Positions 24,215-36,854 are shown, counted from the first letter of the stretch. The stretch is DNA of 64,000 bases from Felis catus (GCF_018350175.1 NC_058368.1:11532001-11596000); one strand, 5' to 3'. Translations and numbers: made by a program. Notes: a model not told the origin generated them from the sequence alone.

Positions 24215-24499
24215 CTTAAAGAAAGGCACAAAACAGGGTGATTGGCCGCTGTAAGACTATAAATACTACGGAAGCCTGCAGAGGGGAACACCTGCAGGAG
24301 AGCTACGGTCATTTCACAATTTTTCAAGGCTTAGAGATCTTGGAAATCTGCCACGTAAGAGCAACATGGGGACTAGAACTAAAGTCCTCTGGCTTCAAAT
24401 CTCAGCCCTTTCCACTCTATGCAGAGCACACAACCGGGAAAGCAGTTAGCCACAACCACGGCCCACTCTGGGGGTTCCCAAGATGGGCCACTTTAGGGG

Positions 24500-25260
24500 A
24501 CGCCGTTCTTAGGGGAGAACAAAGGTCTTTCAAAGACCCCAGGCCGTGTACCCTAGCGGTCACCCAAACGTGAGATGGGGCAGAGGGAATGAGGAGTGGC
24601 GAAGTACACTTTGTGCGCGGTCGCCCCCCCAGCAGCGCGGCCTGGTACTCCGAAGGCTCAGGGAGAAGACAAGAAGCACCCCAGCTCCGTCTTTACGCGG
24701 TTCCGGACCAGAAGCTCAGCAGCCGAAAAAGCGCTTGGCTTTCGCCACACGGACGCTGCAGAGCCTGACTTCCGGGTGGCGCGCACGTTGCGTGCGCGTC
24801 ATGGCGTCACCGCGTGACGTGCGCAGGGAGCGGGCTTTTGGCGCGAGCGTCTGAAACAGGGTCGGGGGAGGCGGAGCTGCTGGGACTCCGCGCCCTGGTT
24901 GTTGTCAGAACCGTGGGTCGCCGCGCAAACGAGCCTGCGGCTCAGCTTTCTGGTCGAGGTGCCGGCGCGGTTTTGGTCAGCCTTCTCCGGCCAAAAAGAG
25001 TTCCACCAGCGGAGGCGGTTAGTGTTGGCTGGGTGGAGGCGGAGGGGGAACGCCTCTCGTTCCCGGGGTGGGAGCCGCGGCCTCCCGCCCTCTACGGTCG
25101 GTGCCAACCTCGCACCGACTGGGAGAAAGGGCCGGGGGTTCGGCTCCTCCGCTGAGCGGACTCGAGCCCTGGCGTTTCCTTGGGACTCCACTTCCCAGCT
25201 TCGGGCCCCGCCACCCGCCCAGGATTTGCCCCTTAGCTGCCCCAGATGTCCCAGTCTCAA
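24500..25260. promoter_or_regulatory. BRCA2: CpG island, bidirectional BRCA2/ZAR1L promoter; ETS site 24768-24775, E2F site 24836-24845
   Basis: Sharp rise in GC and CpG; ACTTCCGG and TTTTGGCGCG motifs; no TATA box seen; resembles the human BRCA2 core promoter. Confidence 0.9.
24838..25017 (+). other. BRCA2: BRCA2 exon 1 (non-coding; start approximate)
   Basis: Resembles the human exon 1 (tggcgcgagc..ctgaaac; ccggcgcggttttggtcagc..ctccggccaaaaa); donor GCG|gttagt. Confidence 0.8.
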
Positions 25261-25791
25261 GTTTCCTTGATTGGAAAGACGATGAAGTTAACTTTAACGG
25301 AATATCGTAATTCCGGAAAATGTTTTACAGCTCCTGGTACGCTGTATCTGTCTTGCTTAAACCCTCCGGCATTTGCTGTATTACGAAGATTTACTGATTT
25401 GAAATTGTCCAAAGATAGTTACCTCTCATAGGACCCCTCACTGACAGCATCCCCTAGCCGCACGTGACTAGTTAACTTAATTGAAAGTAAACGTTTAAAA
25501 TTCTGTTCTTGAGTCGCGCTTCCCCCGTTTCAAATGCTTCATGTGGCTAGTGGCGACTCCGTTGGACAGCACAAACACGGAACGCTCCCATCCTCGCAGT
25601 GAGTTCAGCTACCGTCCCAAAAGATAGGACCGAGGTAAAGAAACAATGTAACTTTAGGCAAGTTTACCCGCTTCTGATTGTACCTTAGAGTCAGTTAACA
25701 AGGACTGCATCCCTGTGAAGTGTATTTGGTGTTTTTTTGTTTGTTGGTTTTTGCAGAGTTACCAAGCATCGGAGTAATATTGTAGATAAAA

Positions 25792-25858
25792 ATGCCTATT
25801 GGATGCAAAGAGAGACCAACTTTTTTTGAAATTTTTAGGACGCGGTGCAATAAAGCAG
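25792..25858 (+). CDS. BRCA2: BRCA2 exon 2, coding part (exon begins 25757)
   Basis: ATG 25792, [22 protein letters not shown], 67 nt, CAG|gtattg. Confidence 0.97.
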
Positions 25859-26150
25859 GTATTGACAAAGTTGATCATTTACCTTGAGAAAATGTTTTCA
25901 GAAAAATATGTAAATATGCATGCTTGCTGAAAAGAATCCAATACTTGACGGTTTTGTTTACACTGTAAACTGTTCCTTCTGGAGTCATCCATCCAGTTAA
26001 GAAAATGGTCATTTAGGGTTAGCCAAATGATAAGTGTAGAACCCTGGGGATAAACAAAAGACCAGCCTCTTAAAATTAGTAGTAGGAAGAATTGCTTTTA
26101 AAGCACAGACCTTCTAGCAAATCAGAAGCGTTGGTAATGTTACTTGACAG

Positions 26151-27701
26151 GAGGAGTTGTCAAACTTTTTAGTCTCAATACTCCTTAAACTCTTAAAAAT
26201 GATTGAGGACCTCAGAGAGCTTTTGTTTATGCAGACTACCATATAGAAATTAAAGCTAAGAATTTGAAAAAAAAATGTTTATCAATTCACTTAAAGATAA
26301 ACCCATTGCATATTAACATAAATAATATTTTTTTGAAAAATAACCGTATTTCCCGCCCCCCAAAAAAGAAGGATGGCTCTGTTTTCCAATTTTTTTTAAT
26401 GTTTTATTTGAGAGAGAGCCCACACGCAAGCAGGCGAGGGGCAGAGAGAGAAGGAGACAGAATCCAAAGCAGGCTCCACACTGTCAGCACAGAGTCCTGT
26501 GGCGGGGCTCAAACCACAAGCCTTGAGATCATGACCTGAGAAGTCTGATGCTTAACGGACTGAGCCATCTGGGTGCCCCTACAATTTTGCACTTTAATAT
26601 CTGGCTTAATAGAAGATAGCTGGATTCTCATACCTGCTTCTACATTTAATCCGTTGCAGTATGTTGTTTTGGTACAAGCATATAAAGAAAAGCCAGCCTC
26701 ACACACCAATGTAGTTGAGAAAAAGGAGTATTTTAATAGTCTTCAGTTAATTGTGGGTATTTTTCTTTGATAATACACAAAAAATTGATAAGTGGTAGTT
26801 AGGGTTTAAGAGTTGCAATATGGAATTGGAAACCATATCGTCAGCTTTTTATACTCTTGTTACATTTAATTCTATTAGTCTTTTTTGCACTTTGAATAAA
26901 TCTTTTATCCATGTTGTAACATTGTGTATTGATAAATTGTAAAATGTCAGTGTTGTGGATTACAAATGTTCCATATATTGACACATTGTGTTAAGCGTTA
27001 AAAATCACATGTGTTAATTCACTAATCTCGTCAGAAAAATCTCCTAAGATTAAGAAGATAAGCTTACAGAGCCTTAATAAACTTTAACAAAATTCGAATT
27101 TCCATTTAAAAGCTGTCATTTTCTCACTGGCAACAAACTTTTTTCTGCAGTGATAGGCTCACTTCATTTTTGAGAAAGTGTTCACCAAATCACTCCACTC
27201 AAAATGACTTATTTGTTGTTCTTTCTACTAAAGATGACTTTCCATGAAAAAGTGCTAATTCAGCTCATAACTCACCACTTGTGCTTTTCTAGACAACTGT
27301 CGTACTTAATATGCAGAAATGCTTGATGCATACTTTCCATTTTGTCACAGAATATTAAAAAGATGTGCTCAAGGGTTGGGCTTTATAAGATAATTTTTAC
27401 TGCTTCATTAGTGATATTTTAAGTTGGACTGGTTTTTTGGTTTTGTTTTTGACAAGTGCGTGAATGATGGAATACAATTACTGGCCCCGTTTATTGCCAC
27501 TGCCTTGACTCATGCAAAGATGTCATCAGTTTTACACACCAAGGGTGCAAATGTCACCATTGTGAAAAAAAGAAATGATACCTTCGTATTATCATGAAAA
27601 TAGTTTTGACCTAATGGAGCTCTTGAATTTGTCTTGGGGACCTACCCCCCACCCTCACCCCCACCACCAGTAGTCCAGAGACCACACATTGAGAATCACT
27701 A
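26151..27701. mobile_element. hAT-Charlie (Charlie1-type) DNA transposon in BRCA2 intron 2
   Basis: End 'tcaaactttttagtctcaatactccttaaactcttaaaaatgattgaggacc' and opposite end 'gaccacacattgagaatcact'. Confidence 0.8.
26388..26579 (-). mobile_element. Can-SINE nested in the Charlie element
   Basis: Poly-T, gagagag tract, ends gagccatctgggtgcccc. Confidence 0.9.
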
Positions 27702-28156
27702 CTTTAAGGGTAGATAGATCATAGTAGAAATTTTGTCATTTCTCTTTAACAGGAGGGAGTCTTTTTATTCCATTTGATTTGTGAGTCTTCATGTTCCTGT
27801 ACTTACAGATTTGTCACATCCCTTTATGTAATCTTTGTAGTTAAATTGTATCTGTGGAATGCATTCTTGCTATGAATGACTTGTTTCTGAATCCTGAATA
27901 TAAGAGAAAGAAAACTTTGGAAAAGCTAACTAATATAGCTAGGAGCAATCACCTTGTAACTTTTGTAAACTCTTGTTAGACCGTGCTACAGATTGGAGGG
28001 AGAACAGATTACTGCTCTTATTTAATTAATATGCATTAACAAAAGTAATCTACAGTCAAAATCTCAAGCATCCTTTTCTTTGTTATGATCTTTACTGGTT
28101 CATGAACTTACCTGTCACTGATTAAAACCAAGATGGAATTTTTATTTTTCTTACAG

Positions 28157-28402
28157 ATTTAGGGCCAATAAGCCTTAACTGGTTTGAAGAACTTTGTTTA
28201 GAAGCTCCACCCTATAATTCTGAACCCACAGAAGAATCTGGATATAAAATCAGTTATGAACCAAACCTGTTTAAAACCCCACAAAGGAAACCTTGTCATC
28301 AGTTGGCTTCAACTCCAATAATATTCAAAGAGCAAGGTCTGATTCCACCAATATACCAACAGTCTCCTTTAAAAGAATTAGGTAAATACAGAATAGACTC
28401 GG
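28157..28402 (+). CDS. BRCA2: BRCA2 exon 3 (PALB2-binding region)
   Basis: ttacag|...|gtaagt, 246 nt, [13 protein letters not shown]...FKTPQRKP. Confidence 0.96.
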
Positions 28403-29214
28403 GTAAGTAATGTGGTCCAGTAGACTAGGGGAAAAACATGAACCAGGAATTGAGACAAACCTATGTTAAAACTCCCAGCTCTATTGGTAATTGTATCATA
28501 CTGGTCAGATCAATCTCTCCGGCTTCACTTTCCCCACTTGAAAAATGGAGATGATGAAAATAATGCCTGTAAGTTTGGATTAAATAAAAGAATGCAGGTA
28601 CTTAATTAGTGTTCCTTTTCTTCCCTCCTTTGATTTAATATATCCTGCCTAGTTTGTTAAATTATATCTTTCTTCTGCCCCCCCCCAAAAAAAAAAACAC
28701 CAAGTGGGATTTGTTTTGATGTTAATTAAATAAACTCTATTTCTGCAGGTTATCACAGAGGACAGAGAAGGGTATTTTTATCAATTTTCTATAAATGTCT
28801 TTTGATTTGATAACAGTTTCCCTGGCATACATGCCAGGTATTCCAATCAATCATGTAATAAGATTATATGTTCAGTCATTCAAATGTTTATCACCTATTT
28901 AAATGACATATTCTCCTTTCTCTGGAGTATTACTGTCAAGGGGAATTAACAGTAGACAGATAAAGAGCAGTCTAAGATTGAATGTGGCACGTGTCAAAAG
29001 CCAAGTACAAAAAGTACAGTGAGAGTTGAGAAGAAAGAGCATAAATAAGTTTGGGGGGGAATTGGGGAGTGATTTATTTGAATTAAACCTTGAAGGATAG
29101 GTGAGATCCAGAAATTTGAAGATGGCAGGGTAATAATGAATGTACTAGGCAGAGGAAAAACGTGAGGAAGATGATATAGTTTGTTAAGAGAATGTCAAGT
29201 AATTCAGGTTGTTG

Positions 29215-29423
29215 TTGTTTTTTTAATGTTCAGTTCTGACACAGAGACAGAGCACGAGTAGGGGAGGGGCAGAGAGAGAGAGAGCGAGACACAGAATCCG
29301 AAGCAGGCTCCGGGCTCTGAGCTGTCAGCACAGAGCCTGACGCGGGGCTCGAACTCACAAGCTGTGAGATCATGACCTGAGCCAAAGTCGGTCGCTCAAC
29401 AGACTGAGCCACCCAGGCACCCC
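29215..29423 (-). mobile_element. Can-SINE (SINEC_Fc-like)
   Basis: Reverse-complement consensus ending gagccacccaggcacccc. Confidence 0.93.
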
Positions 29424-31454
29424 AGATTGTTTGGAGTGTTGCATGTCTAAACGGACCAATAAATAACCTAAGGCTAGAAAGAGCACCTAGAGCCAGATAT
29501 TTAATGCCAGACTAAAACAATTGAGTTTATTTGATAGGTTGTCCAGAAAAATCACATGTAAATTTGATCATGCTACTTCCTGCTTCAAATCTTTGACTAC
29601 CTCCCTTGCCTTCATGATAAAATCTTAACTCCTTAACATGATTTACAAGGTTCTTTTTCAATCTAGTCTCATTAACTCGTGCCTCATGCTGCCATAATTC
29701 CTCTCCCACCCATGTAACTTACCATTTGTTCATACTGAATTTCTTTTTGAAACCACTTTGCTCCGTGGCTCTTTATAGATTGTTACCTCTGTCCAGAAGT
29801 TAGTTAGTTCTTCCTACCTTTTTATCTAACAAGCTCATCTTTCAGGTCTTGATTTATGTATGTGCTTCTGGGAAGTTTTCCTTGTCACACTGTTAGCTTC
29901 TACTGGAGGAGACTTAAAATAAGCAATTACAGTGGAATAAATACTATGAAAGAGGAAATTCATGGTACCAGAAAATGCACATACAAAGAGGACATAGGTA
30001 ATGGACAAAGATTTTCTTGTATGTTACTGGATACCTAGTGGCATACAAAGTGAGTATTCAGTAAATATTTACAGAATAAATGAGTATTTATTTTGCTTTG
30101 GAAAGCCTAATAACTGGACCCAATCTTTGAAGATTTGTTTTTCAAAATGAGATGCCTATATTGTGAGAATCTCCTGAAGTCCTGAATGAAAGGGAAGATT
30201 TCAGGCCCTAATCTGAATCTACTAAATTAGAATCACTAGAAATAGAGCCCATAAGTGTACCTTTTAAACTAATCGGGTGATTCTCATGGAAATGGAAGAC
30301 TGGAGGCAGGGAGACCAGTTAGGGACACATAATGGTCCAGGTTGTAGTGGGCCAACCACCTGAATTAGAGTAGTGGTAGTGAAAGCGGATATGGAAGATA
30401 GAAACTGCAAAGACCCCACAATATCCTAGACGTAGGGATTTCAAAGAAAGGATCAAATCACAGGTTTAGAGCATAACTAAGAATATAATGGTGACATTCG
30501 TAGACGTTTTAAGCACTGGAGGAAAAACAGGTTTAAGACAGAAAAGGCTTGAAAGGATGAAAAAAAGTAGGTTGAGTTTTGGACTGCCTTTGAGACAGTG
30601 GTGAGGTGTAAAGGTGATGTCCTGAAGGATTTGGGGAATACAAGATTAAAACTTAAGAGAGCATACAGATAGGAAAGAAAGTTATAGGAATCAACAAAGT
30701 GATAAAGTCATCACATGTGTTGAGGAAATTGATTATGATGAGGCTTAGGATAGAGCCTTAGGAATATTTAGCAGATGAAATGCAGAACACAGAAAAGGAG
30801 ATCATTCAGTCAACCAATATTCCATACTTTGTGCATGGCAGTTTGTTAGACATTAAGGATACAAACATGAATAAGATGCTTTTGACTTCTAGGAACTCAG
30901 TCTTGTGTAAGACAAAGTATGTAAATAAATATACAGTGTGGTATATGCTATAATAGGATCACCTGCAAAAGTGCTATGTTGTGGGCATAGTAAAGGGAGC
31001 AGCCATCTATTTTAATGGGCTCAGGAAAAGCTCATTATGCTAATTCTACTGAATCTTGAAAGAGTTGGAATTGGTCTATCTATAATTAGGGAGGGACAGG
31101 AATGAATTAATAAGGCCACTCTCAGTGCAGATAAATCAAAATTTTTAAGGTTATAGTGCATAAATAATTCTGACTATAGTTTCCTGATTCCTTTTGTTTT
31201 TGTTTAGTTTAAATTCAGTATTAAACTGTAAGACTTAAGCTGTTTTTTAACCTACTTGTTTCATTCTGACATCTATTGTTTTCAAAAGAGAATTATCCCT
31301 AAAGTTTCATGAGGAAATGTACTATTTCTGCTTCTCAGCAGTCCTTTTGAGTAAAATCGTATGAGTTTATCTCACCATTATTCAGCCTTTTTATGAGATT
31401 CTCAGATTACTTGGCAGATGTTTTTTGGATATGACTTATTTTTACCTGCTTCAT

Positions 31455-32445
31455 TTTTTTACTTTTTATTTTTTACATTTGGGTGTTCATTGCTAAGCCA
31501 ATATTGATACTTTATTATAATCAACTGAAGTCGTTTGTTTACATTAGGGTTCATTATTCGTACAGGTCTGTGGTTTTTGACAAATGTATAATGTCACGTA
31601 TCCATCATTACAGTATCCTACAGGATCGATTCACTGCCCTAAAAGCCCCTTGTGTTTGCTCTCCACCTATTCACTCACCTCCACCCCAAACCCCTGGCAA
31701 CCACTGATCTTTTTTACAGTCTACAGTCTTTTTTTCAGAATGTCATATAGTGGAAATCATACAGTATGTAACCTTTCCAACTGGCTTCTTTTACTTAGCA
31801 ACATAAGATTCCTCTGCATCTTTTCATGGTTTGATAGCTCATTTCTTTTTATCACTGAATAATGCTGTATTATATGGATGTACCAGTTTGTTTATCCGTT
31901 CACCTATTGAAGAACATCTTGGTTGCTTCCAAGTTTTGGCAGTTATGAACAAAGCTACTCTATCATGTGCAGGTTTTTTGTTTTTGTTTTTTTTTTTAAT
32001 TTTTTTTTTAATGTTTATTTTTGAGACAGAGCATGAACGGGGGAGGGTCAGAGGGAGAGGGAGACACAGAATCTGAAGCAGGCTCCAGGCTCTGAGCTGT
32101 CAGCACAGAGCCCGATGCGGGGCTCGAACTCACGGACCGTGAGATCATGACCTGAGCCGAAGTCGGACGCTTAACCGACTGAGCCACCCAGGCGCCCCAA
32201 TCATGTGCAGATTTTTGTGTGGACCTAAGTTTTCAACTCATTTGGGAAAATACCAAGGGGCATGATTGCTGGATCATATGGTAGGCATATATTTAGTTAC
32301 ATAAGAAACTTCAAACTGAATCCCAAAGTGGCTGCACCATTTTGCATTTCCATCAGCAGTGAGTAAGAGTTTTTCTTGTTCTACGTCCCCATCAGCATTT
32401 GGTGTTGTTTTTGTTTTGGGCTTTAGCCATTCTAAGTGTGTAGTA
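31455..32445 (-). mobile_element. Old L1 3' fragment, with nested SINE
   Basis: 'ctggcaaccactgatc', 'cacctattgaagaacatcttggttgcttccaagttttggc', 'gattgctggatcatatggt'. Confidence 0.85.
31976..32198 (-). mobile_element. Young Can-SINE (SINEC_Fc-like)
   Basis: Near-consensus with CpGs intact; TSD atcatgtgcag. Confidence 0.95.
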
Positions 32446-33839
32446 GTCGTTTCCTGATTATGATCTTTGTTAAAATGAACTGGGAAAGTGAAATTTTAAA
32501 AATAGGTTTAGCCACTTTTTAGTGTCAACTAAAAGTCTCATTAGAGAAACTTGGATATTTCATTGAAGTGGGGTTTACCTCACACGTGTATTTGGCTTAG
32601 TAGTGATTATATCCATTTCCTGTTACTTAAGAAATGAGTAATATAACACAGTGTTTTGCATGTGCTACTGCAAATAGTTTTGTTTGGCCTTTGCCTTATT
32701 TTATTAACACTAATGCAACTTATTTTTCCCCAAACTTTTCTAAGTTGGAGGTTATAGGATCAGTTAAAGCAACTATTTTTGAAAGCAGTTTTTAAGAGTG
32801 ATAATAAATGCCTCAAGTACCATATTTGTGATACAGAAAATGGGAATATTTCCACACTGTAAATTGAATTTGATAGAGCCAGATACAGCTTTAGAAACCC
32901 TGACTGAGCCTTATTGCGGAGAAAATAGATGTATTCGTCAACAGTGGTAGTTTTTTCTAATCATTGCTAATTCATCCAGCCAGGAATTGTGGAGTGACTA
33001 TAACATTAGGCATTGATTATAGTTGCTAAGGAGACAGTGATAAATAAGATCCCTACATCAAGGAGCTCACATTTTAGGAGGGGAAGCAAGAATGCTGTGT
33101 GATAAACTCTATGAGGAACATACAGCACCAGCTATCACTTAATCTCATGTTAGGGACCACTAAATTTTTCCAGAAGAGGTAGTTTCAAAATGGAAGCCTG
33201 AAAGAGGATGTTCAGTCAAGAGAAATAAAAAGAGAAAAACAGTTTGTACAAAGGCCTGAAGTGAAGGAGAGCATTCTTGCAGGATATGCAGGTGGTTGGG
33301 TATGGCTGAAAAGTAGAGTGAAAGAATGTCATAGAAATTAAGGCAGATGATGAAAGTCCTTGTTACTAGGGAGTTTTGTTTTGGAATTTGAGCTTGCTCT
33401 TGAGAACAAGATCTTGAAAGTTTTCAGCAGAAGACTAATATGATCCAATTTGGTACGTCGGTAGGTTTTTAGTAAATGTCTTTTTCTTTACTCTTATCCT
33501 TCATAATACCCTAGTGCGTGTGACTTAATAATAAGGCATAAAACATTCTATTCTGTGTTCCACTTGTGTGGAATTTCAAAAAATTTCTCCTGCTATGTTA
33601 TGAACTCCTTGAAGTGTCCCAAAGTGTCTTACATATATTATATACTTGTTGAATGAGGGCACACATCCTTTGAGACCTCCCCTTTTGGAAGGAATCAACA
33701 AACTGAGAAACCAATTCAACTGAACTGCCCATACATTCTCCTTCCCAGGATAAGATTTTTTGTTTTTAAATACTTCCAGAGAATGAAAATTCACAATCCA
33801 GAGCATATATGTACTCACTGAATTATTGTACTGTTTCAG

Positions 33840-33948
33840 GAAAGGATATTACCAATAGTAAACATAGAAGTTGTTGCACAATGAAGTCTAAAATGGATCA
33901 AACTAATGATGTTACCAGCCCACCTCTAAATTCTTGTCTTAGTGAAAG
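33840..33948 (+). CDS. BRCA2: BRCA2 exon 4
   Basis: tttcag|...|gtatgg, 109 nt, KDITNSKHRSCCTMKSKMDQTNDVTSPPLNSCLSE. Confidence 0.96.
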
Positions 33949-34567
33949 GTATGGTAAAACTTGTTCTATTAAACTATTTAAATGAAACTTTTTCCCACAT
34001 ATGCTGTTTGTTTTCTAGAAATGCACCTAATTTTCATGCTAATATTTTGGCTAAAAGCCTGAAAGAGGAAATTCTACTTTTAAATAATCTCCTTTTAGGT
34101 TGAGTTTTTTAATTCAATAATTTTTACATTAGAAACATTTACTTTGTTTTTCTTACTATGTTGAATTCACTAGTTTTTTGTCTATATTCTGTGGCATTTT
34201 TAAGTTATAAAAATATTGATGAAAAGCAATGCCCTTGATATAGCAGCTTAAAATAATTTGTATGCTTTGAAAGAATATGATTTTATAGATTCACTTTACA
34301 TAATTGCATAATTTTTAAGTTCAAGATGTACAGTTCCTAGCAGTTGAAATTTGTGAGTGCTTTATACTACTTTTTGTGGACATTTTAAACATAATTTAGT
34401 GGTTACTTAATTTTTCCTGAGATGTTTACTTTTTAAAAAGTAACAAAATATTACAAAGTAGTGTAATTCTAATAATTGATATGACTCTTTTTTTCAATAA
34501 GATTAATATTTTGTTTCTTCTTGCCATTTCTGTTATCTTTGAATAATTTTTTTTTTTTCCATTTTAG

Positions 34568-34614
34568 TCCTCTTCTACGAAGTACACATGTAACACCACA
34601 AAGAGAAAAGTCGG
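34568..34614 (+). CDS. BRCA2: BRCA2 exon 5
   Basis: ttttag|...|gtatga, 47 nt, SPLLRSTHVTPQREKS. Confidence 0.94.
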
Positions 34615-34713
34615 GTATGATTAAAAATAAGGGGTTTTTTTTTTTAGCTCTAAAATACTCTTAAATTTTAATAAAAATAAAATGTAGTAATTTTCCCCTT
34701 GTTTTACCCCCAG

Positions 34714-34754
34714 TGGTATGTGGAAGCTTGTTTCATACACCGAAGCTTACGAAG
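34714..34754 (+). CDS. BRCA2: BRCA2 exon 6
   Basis: ccccag|...|gtaaat, 41 nt, VVCGSLFHTPKLTK. Confidence 0.95.
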
Positions 34755-34898
34755 GTAAATATTCCGCCTAGTTTATTTTTCTTGTGGAGAAGTGAGAATT
34801 TGACAGCAGTGTCCTGCCTGTGCCCTGAGATTTACAAATACGTACCTATGGTCTCATGTAGGCATTCAGTGAATGATAAGTGAAAAAAATACTCTTAA

Positions 34899-35183
<285 letters not shown>

Positions 35184-35802
35184 TGAGAAGTGTGTTAGTA
35201 GTTCAGAATAATTTTATTCTATTTATATTGGGATTACAGGTACATTACATGGTGTTCTAGGAGTAGTATTCTGTAGGAATCCATCTATATGCAAACCAGG
35301 ATTTTTTTTATCCTAGCAAAAGTACATTCCATTTTGATTCTCTCTTTGGCTAGGATTTAACTTTTTTTGTTGCTCAGATGAAATAATAGAGGTAAAAGCA
35401 TGTTGAAAAGTAAGAAGTATTTGACATATAATATGCTTTTAGAGTGTATTATTATCTAAATAAATGCTAAAGTCTGTAAGATTTATCCTTAAGTCATGAC
35501 CCCATGGCTCCATCTGATTTTCTTAGTCTTTATGGATAGTATTACCTTAAAGTCGGGGTCATCAAACCACAGTTTCTTAGCACCTTATGAGTGGTACTAA
35601 GGAATTGAATGTAGCTTATTCACTATGTTGATTGACCTTTCTAATTACCATACTTGAGTCAATTCGTTTTGTTTCAAATGCATCATTTATTTCAGTAGTG
35701 TATGTGTCTTTTGATGTATGACCAGAAAATACTTGTTTTCACATTAACCTTAGTGTCTGGTATATAATACAGTATAGATAAATTGAATTTTTTTTTTTAC
35801 AG

Positions 35803-35852
35803 TCAGAGATGAGGAAGCATCTGCAGCTGTATTTCCTAATGACACTACTGCT
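35803..35852 (+). CDS. BRCA2: BRCA2 exon 8
   Basis: ttacag|...|gtaagt, 50 nt, VRDEEASAAVFPNDTTA. Confidence 0.95.
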
Positions 35853-35912
35853 GTAAGTAAATATGACAAATTGAGGATGCTGTTGCAGTTGCTTATAATT
35901 TTAGAATGCCAC

Positions 35913-36130
35913 GGGTCACCTGGGTGGCTCAGTCGGTTAAGCGTCCGACTTTGGCTCAGGTCGTGATCTCGCGGTTCGTGAGTTCGAGCCCCGCATCGGG
36001 ATCTGTGCTGACAGCTCAGAGCCTGGAGCCTGTTTCAGATTCTGTGTCTCCCTCTCTCTCTCTGCCCCTCCCCCGTTGATGCTCTGTCTATCTCTGTCTC
36101 AAAAATAAATAAACGTCAAAAAAAAATTTT
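35913..36130 (+). mobile_element. Young Can-SINE (SINEC_Fc-like), about 60 nt after exon 8
   Basis: Near-consensus; TSD ataattttagaatgcc. Confidence 0.95.
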
Positions 36131-36250
36131 TTTAAATAATAATAATTTTAGAATGCCTTGAAATATTATCTTGCATTTTTTCATTCCTTAATTTATGATT
36201 TATCTAAGTCTTTGATAAAGTCTTTAAGCCCGATCCTATGTGATTTTCTT

Positions 36251-36639
36251 TTTTTTTTTAATTTATTTGTTTTTTAATGTACATCCAAGTTAGCATATGG
36301 TGCAACAATGATCTAGGAGTAAATTCCTTAATGCCCCTTACCCATTGAGCCCTTCCCCCTCCTACAACCCCTCCAGCAATCCTCTGTTGGTTCTCTATAT
36401 TTAAGTCTCTTACATTTTGTCCCCCTCCCAGTTTTTGTATTATTTTTGCTTCCCTTCCCGTATGTTCACATGTTTTGTGTATTAAAACCCTCATATGAGT
36501 GAAAGTCATATGATATTTGTCTTTCTCCAGCTGACTAATTTCGCTTAGCATAATACCCTCTAGTTCCATCCACGTCATTGCAAATGGCAAGATTTTATTC
36601 TTATTGCCAAGTAATACTCCATTGCATATATATACTCTA
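36251..36639 (-). mobile_element. 5'-truncated felid L1 3' end
   Basis: ORF2 tail PFAMTWMELEGIMLSEISQ, poly-T, exact 14-bp TSD tatgtgattttctt (36237-36250 / 36640-36653). Confidence 0.95.
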
Positions 36640-36742
36640 TATGTGATTTTCTTGACTTCCTATGAAGTAATGGTGTCTCTAAGTTGAATATATGCATAGT
36701 GAGAATTTTTATACTAGTGACTTTAAAATACAACTTTTGCAG

Positions 36743-36854
36743 ATCTTTAAAAGCTATTTCTGTAACCATGACGAAAGTCTGAAGAAAAATGATAGGTTTA
36801 TCCCTTCTGGGCCAGACAGTGAAAACAAAAGTCAAAGAGAAGCTAAAAGTCAAG
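36743..36854 (+). CDS. BRCA2: BRCA2 exon 9
   Basis: ttgcag|...|gtaagt, 112 nt, [37 protein letters not shown]. Confidence 0.96.

Noticed and set aside
24546..25310. Several overlapping 70-150 aa ORFs on both strands
   Set aside because: By-product of stop-poor GC-rich CpG-island sequence; no recognisable protein features
25555..25575. GGACAGCAC resembling the right half of a REST/RE1 site
   Set aside because: Left half missing; too short to support
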